Assembly (NCBI GenBank): GCA_047967505.1
Contig: CM106538.1
DNA length: 64,000 nucleotides
DNA from: Dipteris shenzhenensis
Lineage: Eukaryota
Strand: one strand, 5' to 3'
Positions 1 through 11,775 of this stretch are shown here, piece by piece; position 1 is the stretch's first letter, and each line of letters opens with the position of its first letter. The notes under the pieces were generated by a model. That model saw only the letters and a list, made by a program, of their open reading frames with translations. It had not been told where the DNA came from and ran no database searches. A program made the translations under genes and the position numbers.

Positions 1-19
1 AAAGGAAAAAGAAGAACTA

Positions 20-760
20 GAAATGCAACTACAACATTAAAGAAAATCCTTGATGATCATGTATTACCACATCCTCATCTTCCCCAAACAATGTCCGATG
101 GAAGTGTGGAATGCCAACATCATCTTTTTTTCGGAATGACAAAGAAGGTTGTGTTATAAACAATCAATAAAACTTTGCAAGATAGAGAAGAAAGCATGAT
201 TTCAAGGGAAACCTTCTATAAAATTTGGCATGGATAGTTTTAAGACACCATCAAAGAAAAGGATGTCAAAATGTAAGACATGTGATGAATTGAAAAATGC
301 CATTGAGCATAATAAATGTAAGCACAAGTGAGGAAAAGATACAAGATGGCGAACAATCCATTTAAGTCATGTGCAAGATGCTAGATTGTTGTATGCCTCT
401 TAGAGAAAGGAAACTATTGTGCATGTCAAAAAGTCCATGTGCATTACCATTTATGGCATGGATTAGAATATAACATCATTACCAAGGTATAGACGTACCC
501 CACAACCATTGGAGGGTCTCAAAAGGAGGAATCAGAAGTGGCTATCTTGGAGAGAATGGTAAATTGGAGAGCAATCATGGAGCCACATTCAAAAGGGCTA
601 TGATGCGCATTAATAGGGCACACAAATCCACATTATTTTTTATTTAGCATGCATAACGATATTCCAGTCATGCGATGGAAGCACTACTCAGTGGATGGAG
701 ATCATTTATGGAGTGAGCCATATGCTTTATTACAGAGAATAACTCTATTGGAGTGCTAGC
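20..760 (+). pseudogene. Degenerate Sola-like (DUF7869-type) DNA transposase remnant, internally deleted
   Basis: Hand translation across stops and frameshifts gives ISRETFYKIW, MSKC*TCDELK (CxxC), HLSHVQDARLLY and CITIYGMD*NITSLPR (DGMDQxxxxLP-like), then a C-terminal-like PVMRWKHYS..W. The expected DNC..NKN/GHT core is not visible. Confidence 0.45.
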
Positions 761-1199
761 ACTTTTGACTTCTGTAAGAAGAGTAGGGTATTCTTAGTAT
801 GTAAGGTTTCGAGGCTTTTTGTCACTTACAGATATATCGGTGTTGTCGTTTGTAGTATAAGTGTAGCTTAAGACCTTGAGTCATATTCCAGTGAGAGATG
901 TAGGCTTAAGTATGGTAAGAAAACATAATGCATGCATGTGTGAAAGGAACGTGCATCATCATGGTTGGGGTAATGAAGGCTTTCGCCTTCATTAGGAGTT
1001 GAAGGGTTTAGGAGGATTTTAAGGGTTAGAGGGAGGTTCAAGGTTTAGAAGGAGGTTCCAAGGTTCAGAGAGAGGTTCCAAAATTTAGAATAGGTTAAAG
1101 GGTTAGAAGGATGATCCAAGGTTCAAAGTAGAGTACATGGTGGAGAACTCGTCTCCCTCGTAGATCATGGAGGTTAAGGGTTGAGGAACTAAGGGTTTA

Positions 1200-1430
1200 G
1201 GGGGAGCATAGGAGTGGGAGAGGAAGAAGGTGTAAGAGCATGGGGGGAAAGGAGAGAGAGGAAAAGGGAGGAGGAGGGAGGAGGAGGAGGAGGAGGAGAA
1301 GGGAGGAGGAGGAGGAGGAGGAGGGGGGGAGGAGGAGGAGAGGGAGAGGATGGGTTGCAAGGCTGGAGGAGAGGGGAGGAGGAGTTGCAAGGTTAGAGGA
1401 GAGGGGAGGAGGAGTTGCAAGGTTAGGACA
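1200..1430. repeat. Polypurine (GGA)n low-complexity tract
   Basis: GGA/GAG runs and a roughly 30-bp unit (gttgcaaggttagaggagagggga) repeated 2-3 times. Degenerate agggtttag motifs precede it at 1003-1105. Confidence 0.85.
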
Positions 1431-1554
1431 TGCTTTTGGACGTGGAGTGCAAGGAAGCATGGACACTTGAGACAATTTCTTGGAATACCAAAGTAGAACT
1501 CAACACAATGCCCCAAAGAGTGTGGGCTTCATTCCATTATGGTGTATTTATACA

Positions 1555-1845
1555 AGTTGCAGAGCTTGTCTCTCTACATGTAGGAATTGTAAGACATTCT
1601 CTCTCTACATGTAGAACTTGCATATAGAAGTTGCATGTAGGAGTTGCATGTAGAAGTCATATGTTGCATGTAGGAGTTGCATGTTGAATCGCATGTAGGA
1701 ATCATATGTAGGAGTTGCATGTAGAACTCGTATGTTGTTGCATGTTGCATGTAGGAGTTGCATGTTGAACTCGCATATAGGAATCGCATGTAGGACTTGC
1801 ATGAATAACATGCATATAGGAGTTGCAAGTAGAACTTTCATGTTG
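1555..1845. repeat. Minisatellite with a roughly 13-bp unit (catgtaggagttg-like)
   Basis: About 20 degenerate tandem copies of catgtaggagttg, catgtagaacttg and catgttgaatcg. Confidence 0.85.
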
Positions 1846-4794
1846 AGGATTCCTAAGAGAGATTACTCCTAGCCTTATGCAAGTACAAGCAGAGCTTTGC
1901 CATGACTCTATACACACATTAAATTGTACTACATAAGTCCATGTTGGCTCAGAGACAACATACTCCCGGATCCATTTTATTACCCGCCATCCTCAGGTTA
2001 TGGCTTATTCTGATTACATAGCTGGGATGCCATGCATGAAATCTTGTGGCTGTGGAACTTGTGTCGTGCCATTCGATCCTCTTATAAATCCTTGGCACCA
2101 TACAATTTTTGCTAGGTAGCCTGTATCCAACATTTGTTCAAACAGAGATACGTGGCGTGCTTCTAAGATGATGACTCTTTGATAGAGTCATCTTGTAATC
2201 TGAGCATCGATCCATTCATTGGGATTGAAACTGAGTGGAGAAAAATGGTGGTTGAGGTGTGTGGGGACCTCCAAAATGTATTCCAATGTTTTGTAGAAGA
2301 TAGCACTTTGGCGAAGGAAGTGGTCAATGTTGCTGCATATTATTTGCTCATGCTACTGAAGTGCTCAAATAATTGTGCCTTGGATATTCCATTCTGCACC
2401 AGAGTATGGTTGGATCATTGGCCAATTAATGGTGCAACTGGTATCTTTTTGTATCAGATAAGAAATGCTATGTAAATCATGAATAATAACACTCATGTGT
2501 AGGAGGCAGTAGCACTAATAGGCACACATGTAGATAGTAGGAATAGATAGAAGATAGTAGCTAGAGAATATCATGACATTGGGCCTCTCTATTTTTTTTT
2601 GGGACGATTTTTGTATTGAACATATATCTTGAAAATAACTATGCGCTTGTATGAAGAACCCTGATTACAGGAAATGATGACAAGAACTTTGTGACCAAAT
2701 TGATGATTGAATGACCCATGGAGTTTGGAGAGGACCTTGGACCTTGCACTGGCACATGGAATGGATGATGGAAGGAGTGGTCACTAAAGCACTAGAGAAG
2801 GACTAGTGTTTTCCTAAAAAGACTACAGATAAGGAGCACTTTGCATGACCACAGTCGGAAAGAGTGGGCCACAAGGAAAAGGAAAAAAGGAATGGTCCCT
2901 ATTGATGATGTAAAAAGCACCAATCCACAACTAGACTTTTGCATGGAAAGCAAGGGATGAGAAGTGGAAGAAGTGAAGATCAGCTTCCACTTGATCATCC
3001 ATAAGTAGAGGCGGCCATCCCATTTCAACTCATCTTCATGCTCATCTTGAAGGTGAAGAGGGTAGTTGATCACACATTTCATGATCTTTGGGCTCATTTT
3101 TCGTTTCTTGTTCAGGGAGCCATCCATTGTGGGGGTGCTTTCATTAGCTTAAGCTCATTGCAAAAGAGCTTAGGTTGCTTTGGTTCTAGTGATTAATTGA
3201 TTTGGGATTGCATCTGGTGGTTCTTGTTGAATGATCATGAGTGACATTATCAAGTGCTCACAGGTGATTGAATTCATTTCACAACTTGTTACCTTGATGG
3301 TGGAAGTTTTTTGTAGGTTCGCAGATTACAACGCTATTATTGATCGTGATCAGAGAAGTTCTGAGCATTCGAGGCCTTTTGGTTGTTCCAGTAGCGAGGT
3401 TCTGGGTTGTTTGATATAGCTCGTGGGTCCAGATCTGGGCGGAGAGAGCAGCTGATTTTTTAGAAGCTCTACATGATTTTAACATGCTAGATGGAGAAGG
3501 AGGCAGGTCGCACTCGTTTTTCTAGGACGATAATGTGCATGCTGAAATTTTGAGTATGCGTAAAGCTTAGGAAGGTGCATATAAACCAACTCCGATCTTT
3601 GTGAAGATATACACCTGATCGTGGAAGTCTCTGGAGACAGGCGTGAAATAGTTATGGCTCTTATGCTTTTGTGACCAAGCTGCAAGCAGCAACATATGAT
3701 TTTGTTTGTGGGCTCAGTAGCTTTTCTAGTAGCGGATCTAGTGGCGAGAGGCTATGAGCAGAGAAGAGGTTGACTTGTGGTTGAGAGATTCTTACTCATC
3801 TCAATCGGGATGGTGAAGGATCATAGTGATAAATGATCCACTTGCAGCTTGCTCCAGTTCGTAGGAAAGCCGTGACATGTTTTATGAACTAGTAGAGGAA
3901 ATTGGTGGAGTTACTATAGATGCTGGGAGCCAAGAATCTACAGTAAGAATAGATGCTCATGCATGCTAATTGTGAGTAGTTCTACGATGTTCATGGAGAG
4001 GAATCCTTGCAGTAATTATCAAAGGCTTTACTACATTAGTGATCACTAAGGGTGGTGATCTGAGGTTGCCAACCTTTTCTTACAACATATGACTTGTGGA
4101 TAGCACTCTAAGAAGCTACTCGGGTCATACACATCTAGGCTTTGGATTGTAAGGAATTCCTTGGTCAGTTGCATAAGGCTAAGGTTATTGCAGGCTATAG
4201 GGAAGTATCATTCTAGTTGGTGTGTGTTTAAGGCGACTTGCAACAGCTTATATTTGAAGGTTGCGTATGATTGTAGGGACCTATATGGTGATGTGTGTGA
4301 AGTGGATCAATTACCAAATAGAAGTAGTGAGAAGCTGCTTTGTCCTGAGGCTTCAATCCATGGAAGATAGTCACAAAGGGAAGTATTAGAATTGATGTGA
4401 AGATCAAAGGTTCCATCCAAGCTCCATGGCATCCTATCCATCACTTTGGAAGCAAGGTCCTATTTGATCCTACAGGGGGTTCTATCTATGAGTTCATGGT
4501 TGCTGGAGGTTGTGATCTCTATACATTTCATCCTTGTATTTTCTACAGCTATTGGTGGCTATCAGTATATGGTATTTTATGGTGTTTCCCAGTTATGGTG
4601 TTTTGAGTTCATCTTGGGAGTGTGTTTCTTCTTGGTGTGTTTGCAAATGTGACTGTTCATCTAGCGATAAAGGCATTTCACTGTAGCTCTGCCAGTCTCA
4701 TCACGTTTTTGGTGTCTCCATGGAGGATTCGGTCTGTAACCGCGGGCCTTCAGTTTACAAGACCGAAATCATTAGTGGTTGATCATCATAAATC

Positions 4795-5327
4795 ATGGCT
4801 CAGGACTTCCCGTTGTTTCATGGGATGCCAGGCGAGGATGCTGAAAAGTTTATGTGGAAATTACTTGTTTGATCAAGAATCACGGCAAGATGCAGCCTTC
4901 ATGTTATAGATCTACACGTATTGTGTATAGGAGGAAGCAAGGAGATGGTTTCAAGCTTTACGAAGCCACTCAAGCAGCAAATAATTCACTGAGGTAACTT
5001 TTGAATTGGCAAGGGATGCTTTTTTGCAGCATTATAGGAGGGTAGAGGATCCAAATAAGTTGTGGCATGAAATACAAAATTTAGTGCAAAGAGGTCCCCT
5101 TGAAACATATATTCAGGATTTCAGCCGCTTGTGGGATCATTGGTGTGTGTCACTAGGGAATGAGCAGCCACCTGCCATGTTGAAGAAGGAGAAATTGATT
5201 TCAGGACTTAGAGGTCCTTTGAGGATGAAGCTAGAACTGAAACCTATAGCCAATTTCTAGGAAGCAGTGGATTTGGCAAAGGCAAAAGAGTGGAAGATGA
5301 TTAGACTAGAGCAGTTGACCACAGGAG
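4795..5327 (+). pseudogene. Ty3/gypsy retrotransposon gag remnant, cut by copia A
   Basis: MAQDFPLFHGMPGEDAEKF..., EARRWFQAL and ORF 5006-5260 (LWHEIQNLVQRGPLETYIQDFSRL...ISGLRGPLRMKL) fit a retrotransposon gag pattern. It ends abruptly at the TG of the LTR at 5328. Confidence 0.65.
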
Positions 5328-5679
5328 TGTTGAGATATCAAGCTCCACTCGTGCTATGCCAGGTTGACCATTGTGCATGTATGTCATCGACTTGTTAGCT
5401 GTAGATGCAGTTGGTACACTACCCATGAATAATAGCTGGATGACAGCTATCTTTATGTACTCTAGTTAGTGGCTCAGTTATTATGCCACCTTAGTTAGCT
5501 GAGTTTGGTTTGAGACCCACATATAGGGTTCACCTATTCTATTGTACTTAGAGTTCTTTTGGCTTTCACAACTAAGAAGAGGAAAACTATTTTCAGCCTG
5601 CACCTTTGTGTTACTCCCTCATTGTGTATGTGAGAAAGCCGCAAGTGAGACTCCTTCCTTCTCTCCCACTCTCTTCACA
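5328..5679 (+). repeat. 5' LTR of copia A (352 bp)
   Basis: Starts tgttgagata and ends ttcaca, followed directly by the tRNA-Met PBS. Homologous to the LTRs at 7905, 19876 and 22842. Confidence 0.93.
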
Positions 5680-8600
5680 TGGTATCAGAGCTCGGTTCGT
5701 GGTAAGGAGCTCAAGAAAGCAAACCAAGTTTGCGGTATCCTAGTAAGAGGATCAGTGTTGCTATCCTTTTTTCGAGTTTGGGAGCAAATCTCTATAGGTA
5801 GCATAGCCGGAAAGTGCAAGAGTACACAGTCTTAGATTGGGACGCCCTTCACAGTGTGGTGAGAGGAAAGTATATGCTACAGGAGAGGGTGATGCCCTTG
5901 GTGAAATTATTTTTTTGATTCGAGGCCATTTTGAGGCCCATTTTGGTGGCGGAAATTTTTCACAGGCACTCAAGAAAGCGCCCTGTTTTTATTATGCGAC
6001 CACTGTTCTGCACGTCAATGAAAAGTTGCCACAGAAATTGCATCGTATGCATGTGCACAAAGATATTGGGAGTAACATAATCATTCTTATTGCCTATTGA
6101 TGCAAAATCGTCACTAGGAAGTGACTATGTGGTCAAATACCACTCTTGTCAGTTTTGCAGATTTGCCCTTGTGAGGCAGAAGTTGTGTTTTTTTGCAGTG
6201 ACAATATATTTTGCAATGTTCTATAATGGCGTCTGATGCTCTTTCATATATTGTCACTGAAAAGCTTGACAAGAACAACTTCCAAGCATTGAAGTTCAGA
6301 ATGATGTATTTCCAAGTTAAGGGAAAAGGCTATTGGGAGTTCATTACTAGAGCTAAACAAGAACCAGTTATTCCTAATGTTCCTAATCAACAGGAGTTGC
6401 AGGCATTTAAAGGCTTGCATGAGAGAGCCAGAAAAGTTATGTACTAGTTGTCTATCAATATTTCAGATTCTATGATTGTGCATATTCAGGATGCCAACGT
6501 GCCGAAGGAGGCAAGGGATACTTTGACAAAAATGTATAGCACAAATACGCGAGCTAGGAAAATGCAGCTCAAGCAGTAGTTGCATAATGTGCAGAGAAAA
6601 AATATGAGCATCAATGACTACCACATGAAGGTGAAGAAGATTGCAGATGTACTTGCTTCTATTGGGTCACTAGTGGAAGATGATGATTTAGTTTTTGTGA
6701 CCTTGAATGGTCTAAGAAAGGATTATGCACCATTCTGGACATCCATTGCCGCCCGTGAGAATTTTCCTGATTTTGAGGAGTTGATTGCTCTTCTAATTTC
6801 TGAAGAGCAGAGAAATGGTGGTGCATCTTCTTCAGGAAGAACTTCAAAAGAAGCTATCTTCTACTCAAATGCTAGAAGAGGTAGAGGCAGAAGTAGAGCA
6901 GGTGGATTTTGAGGTCATGGCAGAAATTAGAATATGCAGCGAATTCAAGAAAATGAGTCCTATGGAGGAGGACTTCGTAACTTTAGAGGCAGGCAGAGCC
7001 AAAGAGGTCGTGGTGGATGGCAGAGAGGCCAAAATGCAAACAGTAATGTTGAATGCTACTACTGTGGTAAAATGGGTCATATGGTTAAAGACTGCTATAA
7101 AAAGTAGAATGACATCATGACTGGAAAATTGCAGCAAGGCAATTATGCATCCTCTAGGAGACAGGGCAATGACAGAAATGAGCATCTATTTATGGTGCAG
7201 CACATGACTAATTCTGTGACAAGTGCAGAAGAAAGCAATGATGTGTGGTATGTTGACTCAGGTGCGTCAAACCACATGAGAGGTCATGCAGAATGGATGC
7301 AAGATGCAAGGAAAATGGAAAGACTAGGATTCGTGGAGATTGGTGATGATACTACACATCCTATTGTGCAGATTGGTCAAATTCCTTTGTCTATGTAGGA
7401 TGGAAAAAAGAAGTACCTGTCTGATGTATTTCATGTCTCGAATATCACCAAGAACCTGCTTTTTGTTGGTCAAATGGTCGAGTAGGTCTTGAGGTCAGAT
7501 TTAATCCTCATGGACTCTTTGTTGAGGATATGAAAAATAAAGGTCGCTTGATAGCAAAAGGGAAGAAGAAGGGCAAGATGTTTATGTTGGATGCAGACAT
7601 GCCTGAATTGCATGCAACAATGTTTGCACATGGGACCGGTGTAGTTGCAGATATTGATATCTGGCATAAACGCATTGGTCATGTTAATGTATATCAACTT
7701 AAATTAATCCAGGACCAAAATATTGTTGCAGGATCGCCTAAGTTCAAGGTTGAAAAAATGCATAAGGTATGTGAAGCCTGTCAATTTGGAAAACATGCAA
7801 GGAAACCACTTCCTAGACATGTTCAAGAGAGTAAGAGGACATTGGAATTAATCCACTTTGATGTGTGAACTAATAAAGCTGCATCTATTGGAGGCTGTCA
7901 TTATTGTTGAGATATTGAGCTCCACTCATGATATGCCAGGGTGACCGTTGTGCATTTATGTCACCAACTTGTTAGCTGCAGATGTGGTTGGTACACCACC
8001 CATGAATAGTAGCTAGATGACAGCTATCTTTATGTACTCTAGTTCGTGGCTCAGTTAGTATGCCACCTTAGTTAGCTGAGTTTGGTTTGAGACCCACATA
8101 TGGGGTTCTTCTATTTCTTTGTATTAAAGTTCTTTTGGCTTACACAACTAAGAAGAGGAAAGCTGTTTTCAACCTCCACCTTTGTGTGTATTTCCCCATT
8201 GTGTATGTGAGAAACCCACAAGTGAGACTCCTTCCCTCTCTCCCACTATCTTCACATGGTATTAGAGCCTGGTTCATGGTAAGGAGCTCAAGAAAGCAAA
8301 CCAAGTTCGCGGTGTCCTAGTAAGAGGACCAGTGTTGCTTTCCTTTTTTGAGTTTGGGAGCAAATCTCTGCAGGTAGCACAGCCGAAAAGTGCAAGAGTG
8401 CATTGTCTCAGATTGAGATGCCCTTCGCGGTGTGGTGAGAGGGCAGTAAATGCTGTGCGAGAGGGCGAATTGAGGCCATTTTGGGGCCCATTTCAGAGGC
8501 GTAAGTTCTCCACAAGCACTAAGAAAAAGGCACTGTTTTTGCTATGTGAGCACTGCTCTGCAAGTTGGTGAAAAGTTGCCACAGAAATTGCATCGTATGC

Positions 8601-10339
8601 CTATGCATAGAGATATTGGGAGTTACAAAATCATCCTTATTTCCTGTTCATGCAAAATTGTCACAGTGTTCTATAAAGTCATTTGATTCTCTTTCACAGA
8701 TTGTCATTGAAAAGCTTGACAAGAGCAACTTCCAAGCATGGAAGTTTAGAATGATGAGTTTCCTTATGGAAAAAGGCTATTGGGAGTTCATTACAGGAAC
8801 TAAAGAAAAACCAGTTCTTCCTAATGTTCCCAATTAATAGGAAATGCACGCATTTAAAGGATGGCATGAGAGAGCCAGAAAAGTTATGTACTGGTTGTCT
8901 ATCAGTATTTTAGATTCTATGATTGTGCATATTTAGGATGCAAGTACGCCAAAGGAGGCATGGGATACTTTGGCAAAAATGTATAGCACAAATACGCAAG
9001 CCAAGAAAATGCAGCTCAAGTAGGAGTTACACAATGTGCAAAGAGAAAATATGAGCATCAATGACTACCACATGAAGGTGAAGAAAATTGCAGATGCACT
9101 TGCTTCCATTAGGTTGCCAGTGGAAGATGATGATTTAGTTTCTGTGACCTTGAGGTCTAGGAAAGGATTATGCACAATTTCAAACATCCATTGCCGTCCG
9201 TGAAAAATTTCCTGATTTTGAGGAGTTGTTTGCTCTTCTAATTTTTGAAGAGCAAAGAAATGGTGGTGCATCTTCTTCAGGAGGAACTTTAAAAGAAACT
9301 GTCTTCTACTCAAATGCTAGAAGAGGTAGAGGCAGAGGTAGAGCAGGCCGATCTGGAGGCCGTGGTAGAAATCAGAATATGTAGTAAACTCAAGAAAACC
9401 AGTCCTATGGAGGAGGACATGGTAACTCTAGAGGCAGGGGGAGCCAAAGAGGTCATGGTGGATGGCAGAGAGGCCAAAATGCAAACAGCAATGTTGAATG
9501 CTACTACTATGGTAAAATGGGTCATAAGGCTAAAGACTACTATAAAAAGCAGAATGACATCATGAATGGAAAATTGCAGCAAGGGAATTATGCATCTTCT
9601 AGTAGACAGGGTGATGACAGAAATGAGCATCTGTTTATGGTGCAGCACATGACCAATTCTGTGACAAGTGCAGAAGAAAGCAATGATGTGTGGTATGTTG
9701 ACTCAGGTGCATCAAACCACATGACAAGTCATGTAGAATGGATGCAAGATGCAAGGAAAATGGAAAGACCAAGATTTGTGGAGACTGGTGATGATACTGC
9801 ACATCCTATTGTGCAAATTGTTAAAATTCCTTTGTCTATACAGGATGGGAAAAAGAAATACTTGTTTGATGTATTTCATGTCCCGAACATCACCAAGAAC
9901 CTGGTTTCTGTTGGTCAAATGGTTAAGCAGGGCTTGCAGGTCAGATTTAATCCTCATGGATGCTTTGTTGAGGATATGAAAAATAACAGTCGCTTAATAG
10001 AAAAAGGAAAGAAAAAGGGCAAGATGTTTACGTTGGATGCGGACATGCCTGAATTGAGTGCAACAATGTTTGCACATGGGACCGGTGTAGTTGCAAATAT
10101 TGATATCTGGCATAAACGCATTGGTCATGTTAATGTACAGCGACTTAAATCAATGCAGGCCCAAAATATTATTGCAGGATTGCCTAAATTCAAGGTTGCA
10201 GAAATGCATAAGTTATGTGAAGCCTATCAATTTGGAAAACAGGCAAGGAAACCATTTCCTACACTACTACACACGCATCCTATTGCGACGTTTACGTACC
10301 GACGATTAGCACCCGCTTAGCGTTAATCGTCGGTATAAA

Positions 10340-10530
10340 AATCGAGTGTCGTAAATCGTCGCTATATAGCGACTTTTAATAAGCGTCGCTATATAGTGAC
10401 GTTAGTAAAAGTCACTATATAGCGACTTTTAAAAGTCGCTATATAGCGACGTTAGTAAAAGTCGCTATATAGCGACTTTTAAAGGTTGCTATATAGCGAC
10501 ACTGAGACACTAAATTATAGTGACGTTTTA
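10340..10530. repeat. CACTA left subterminal repeats (16-bp palindrome GTCGCTATATAGCGAC)
   Basis: About 7 copies separated by short A/T-rich spacers. Confidence 0.9.
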
Positions 10531-10715
10531 CAGAGAGGTTTTTTTTTTTTTTTAGCCTTAAAATTTATTTTCTTCCAATGACAAAATTTTTTAAATTTTC
10601 ATACATGTTTGAGCTCATAGAGAATTAAAAAATGAGAGCATGTACATCAAGCCTTTGAAGCTCATATATTCATGTCCAAGTTTGAGATGAGAAAAATCAA
10701 ATTAAATAAGAGCAT

Positions 10716-11775
10716 TTACATCAACTGTTTCATCTTGAGCCAAGTCAAGGCGCCAAGCAAGTCTATCTCCAACTCTATACCGAGTTGATCTCCTATATCA
10801 TCATCGTACTCTAGCATCGTACGTTCACCTAAAAGTATTTGATCATCTTCTTCAATTAAGCTTAAGTGTGGTGATTGATCTTGACGATTGTTGTCTTCCT
10901 CGTCAATATCGTGATCTCCATCCTCCTCCCGTGCGATGTCATTATGCGCATCTTCCTCTTGCCTCATATGGTGATCTACATCTTCTTCGCTAGATTCATC
11001 AATTGGATCCGGATTTGGTAGTGGCATCTCCATATCCACATCTCGATCTTCAAAAATCTGCTTACTTCGTGGTGCAACTTGGATCACGTACCACCATCTT
11101 GGATCAGAACGATCCGGATGAAAAACCACCTATATTGAAGATGAAAAATCACGTGCCAAATGTCGTCAATTATATATATATCAATGGACTTAAAAAACGA
11201 AAGCTTCGACTAATTAAATCATTAGTATGCACCTGCTCACAGTGCTCGGGAAGAACAAAAGTATCACTTTCATCGGTCCAATGTTTGGTGGAGTCTATTG
11301 CAAAGAGACCGCTACCATCTTTTCTCACAGTTGCATGGGGACCGTTGTAAGTAGTTCTAAACCATTTTACATCAAGAATGAAAATAGTAAATCGTCTGAA
11401 ATCAATTTCATAGATGTCGCGTATGGTTCCACAATAATCCAACTGTGAGGAGAGAAGATTGGTATCCGAAGCACTTGCTCGGCTATCTTGTGTGAAGTTA
11501 GCCATGACTCCACAATCATACGTGACTCTCTTTGAATCGATGCGTTCTATGTGAAAATGTCGTCCATATGACCATAATGCACTGTACTTTTTGTACTGTA
11601 AAAGAGCATCATTAAAACAATGAAGATGCACCTATTTTATAGCATATATTGCCACAAATAATTACTTAATTACATCAAGAGATAAGAAACTTACATGCAC
11701 CATACATCCAGATGATAACTCCCGCTCGCGCTCGTTTATTGTCTCTCCATCACGTTCGGCCTTACGTATTGTCTC
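10716..11775 (-). pseudogene. 3' fragment of a CACTA TnpD-type transposase (DUF4216-like C-terminus), spliced
   Basis: Exons about 11775-11695, 11595-11233 and 11129-10716 join at GT-AG introns to give ...SSGCMVH|YKKYSALWSYGRHFH...YDCGV...DYCGTIRDIYEIDF...VKWF...FVLPEHCEQ|VVFHPDRSDPRWWYV plus an acidic tail. The 5' part is replaced by a simple repeat. Confidence 0.8.

Noticed and set aside
1103-1516. Pro/Ser-rich and Glu/Gly-rich ORFs
   Set aside because: A low-complexity GGA tract that is open in several frames.
5323-5327. TSD for copia A
   Set aside because: The 3' LTR is truncated near 23051, so the matching AGGAG cannot be verified.
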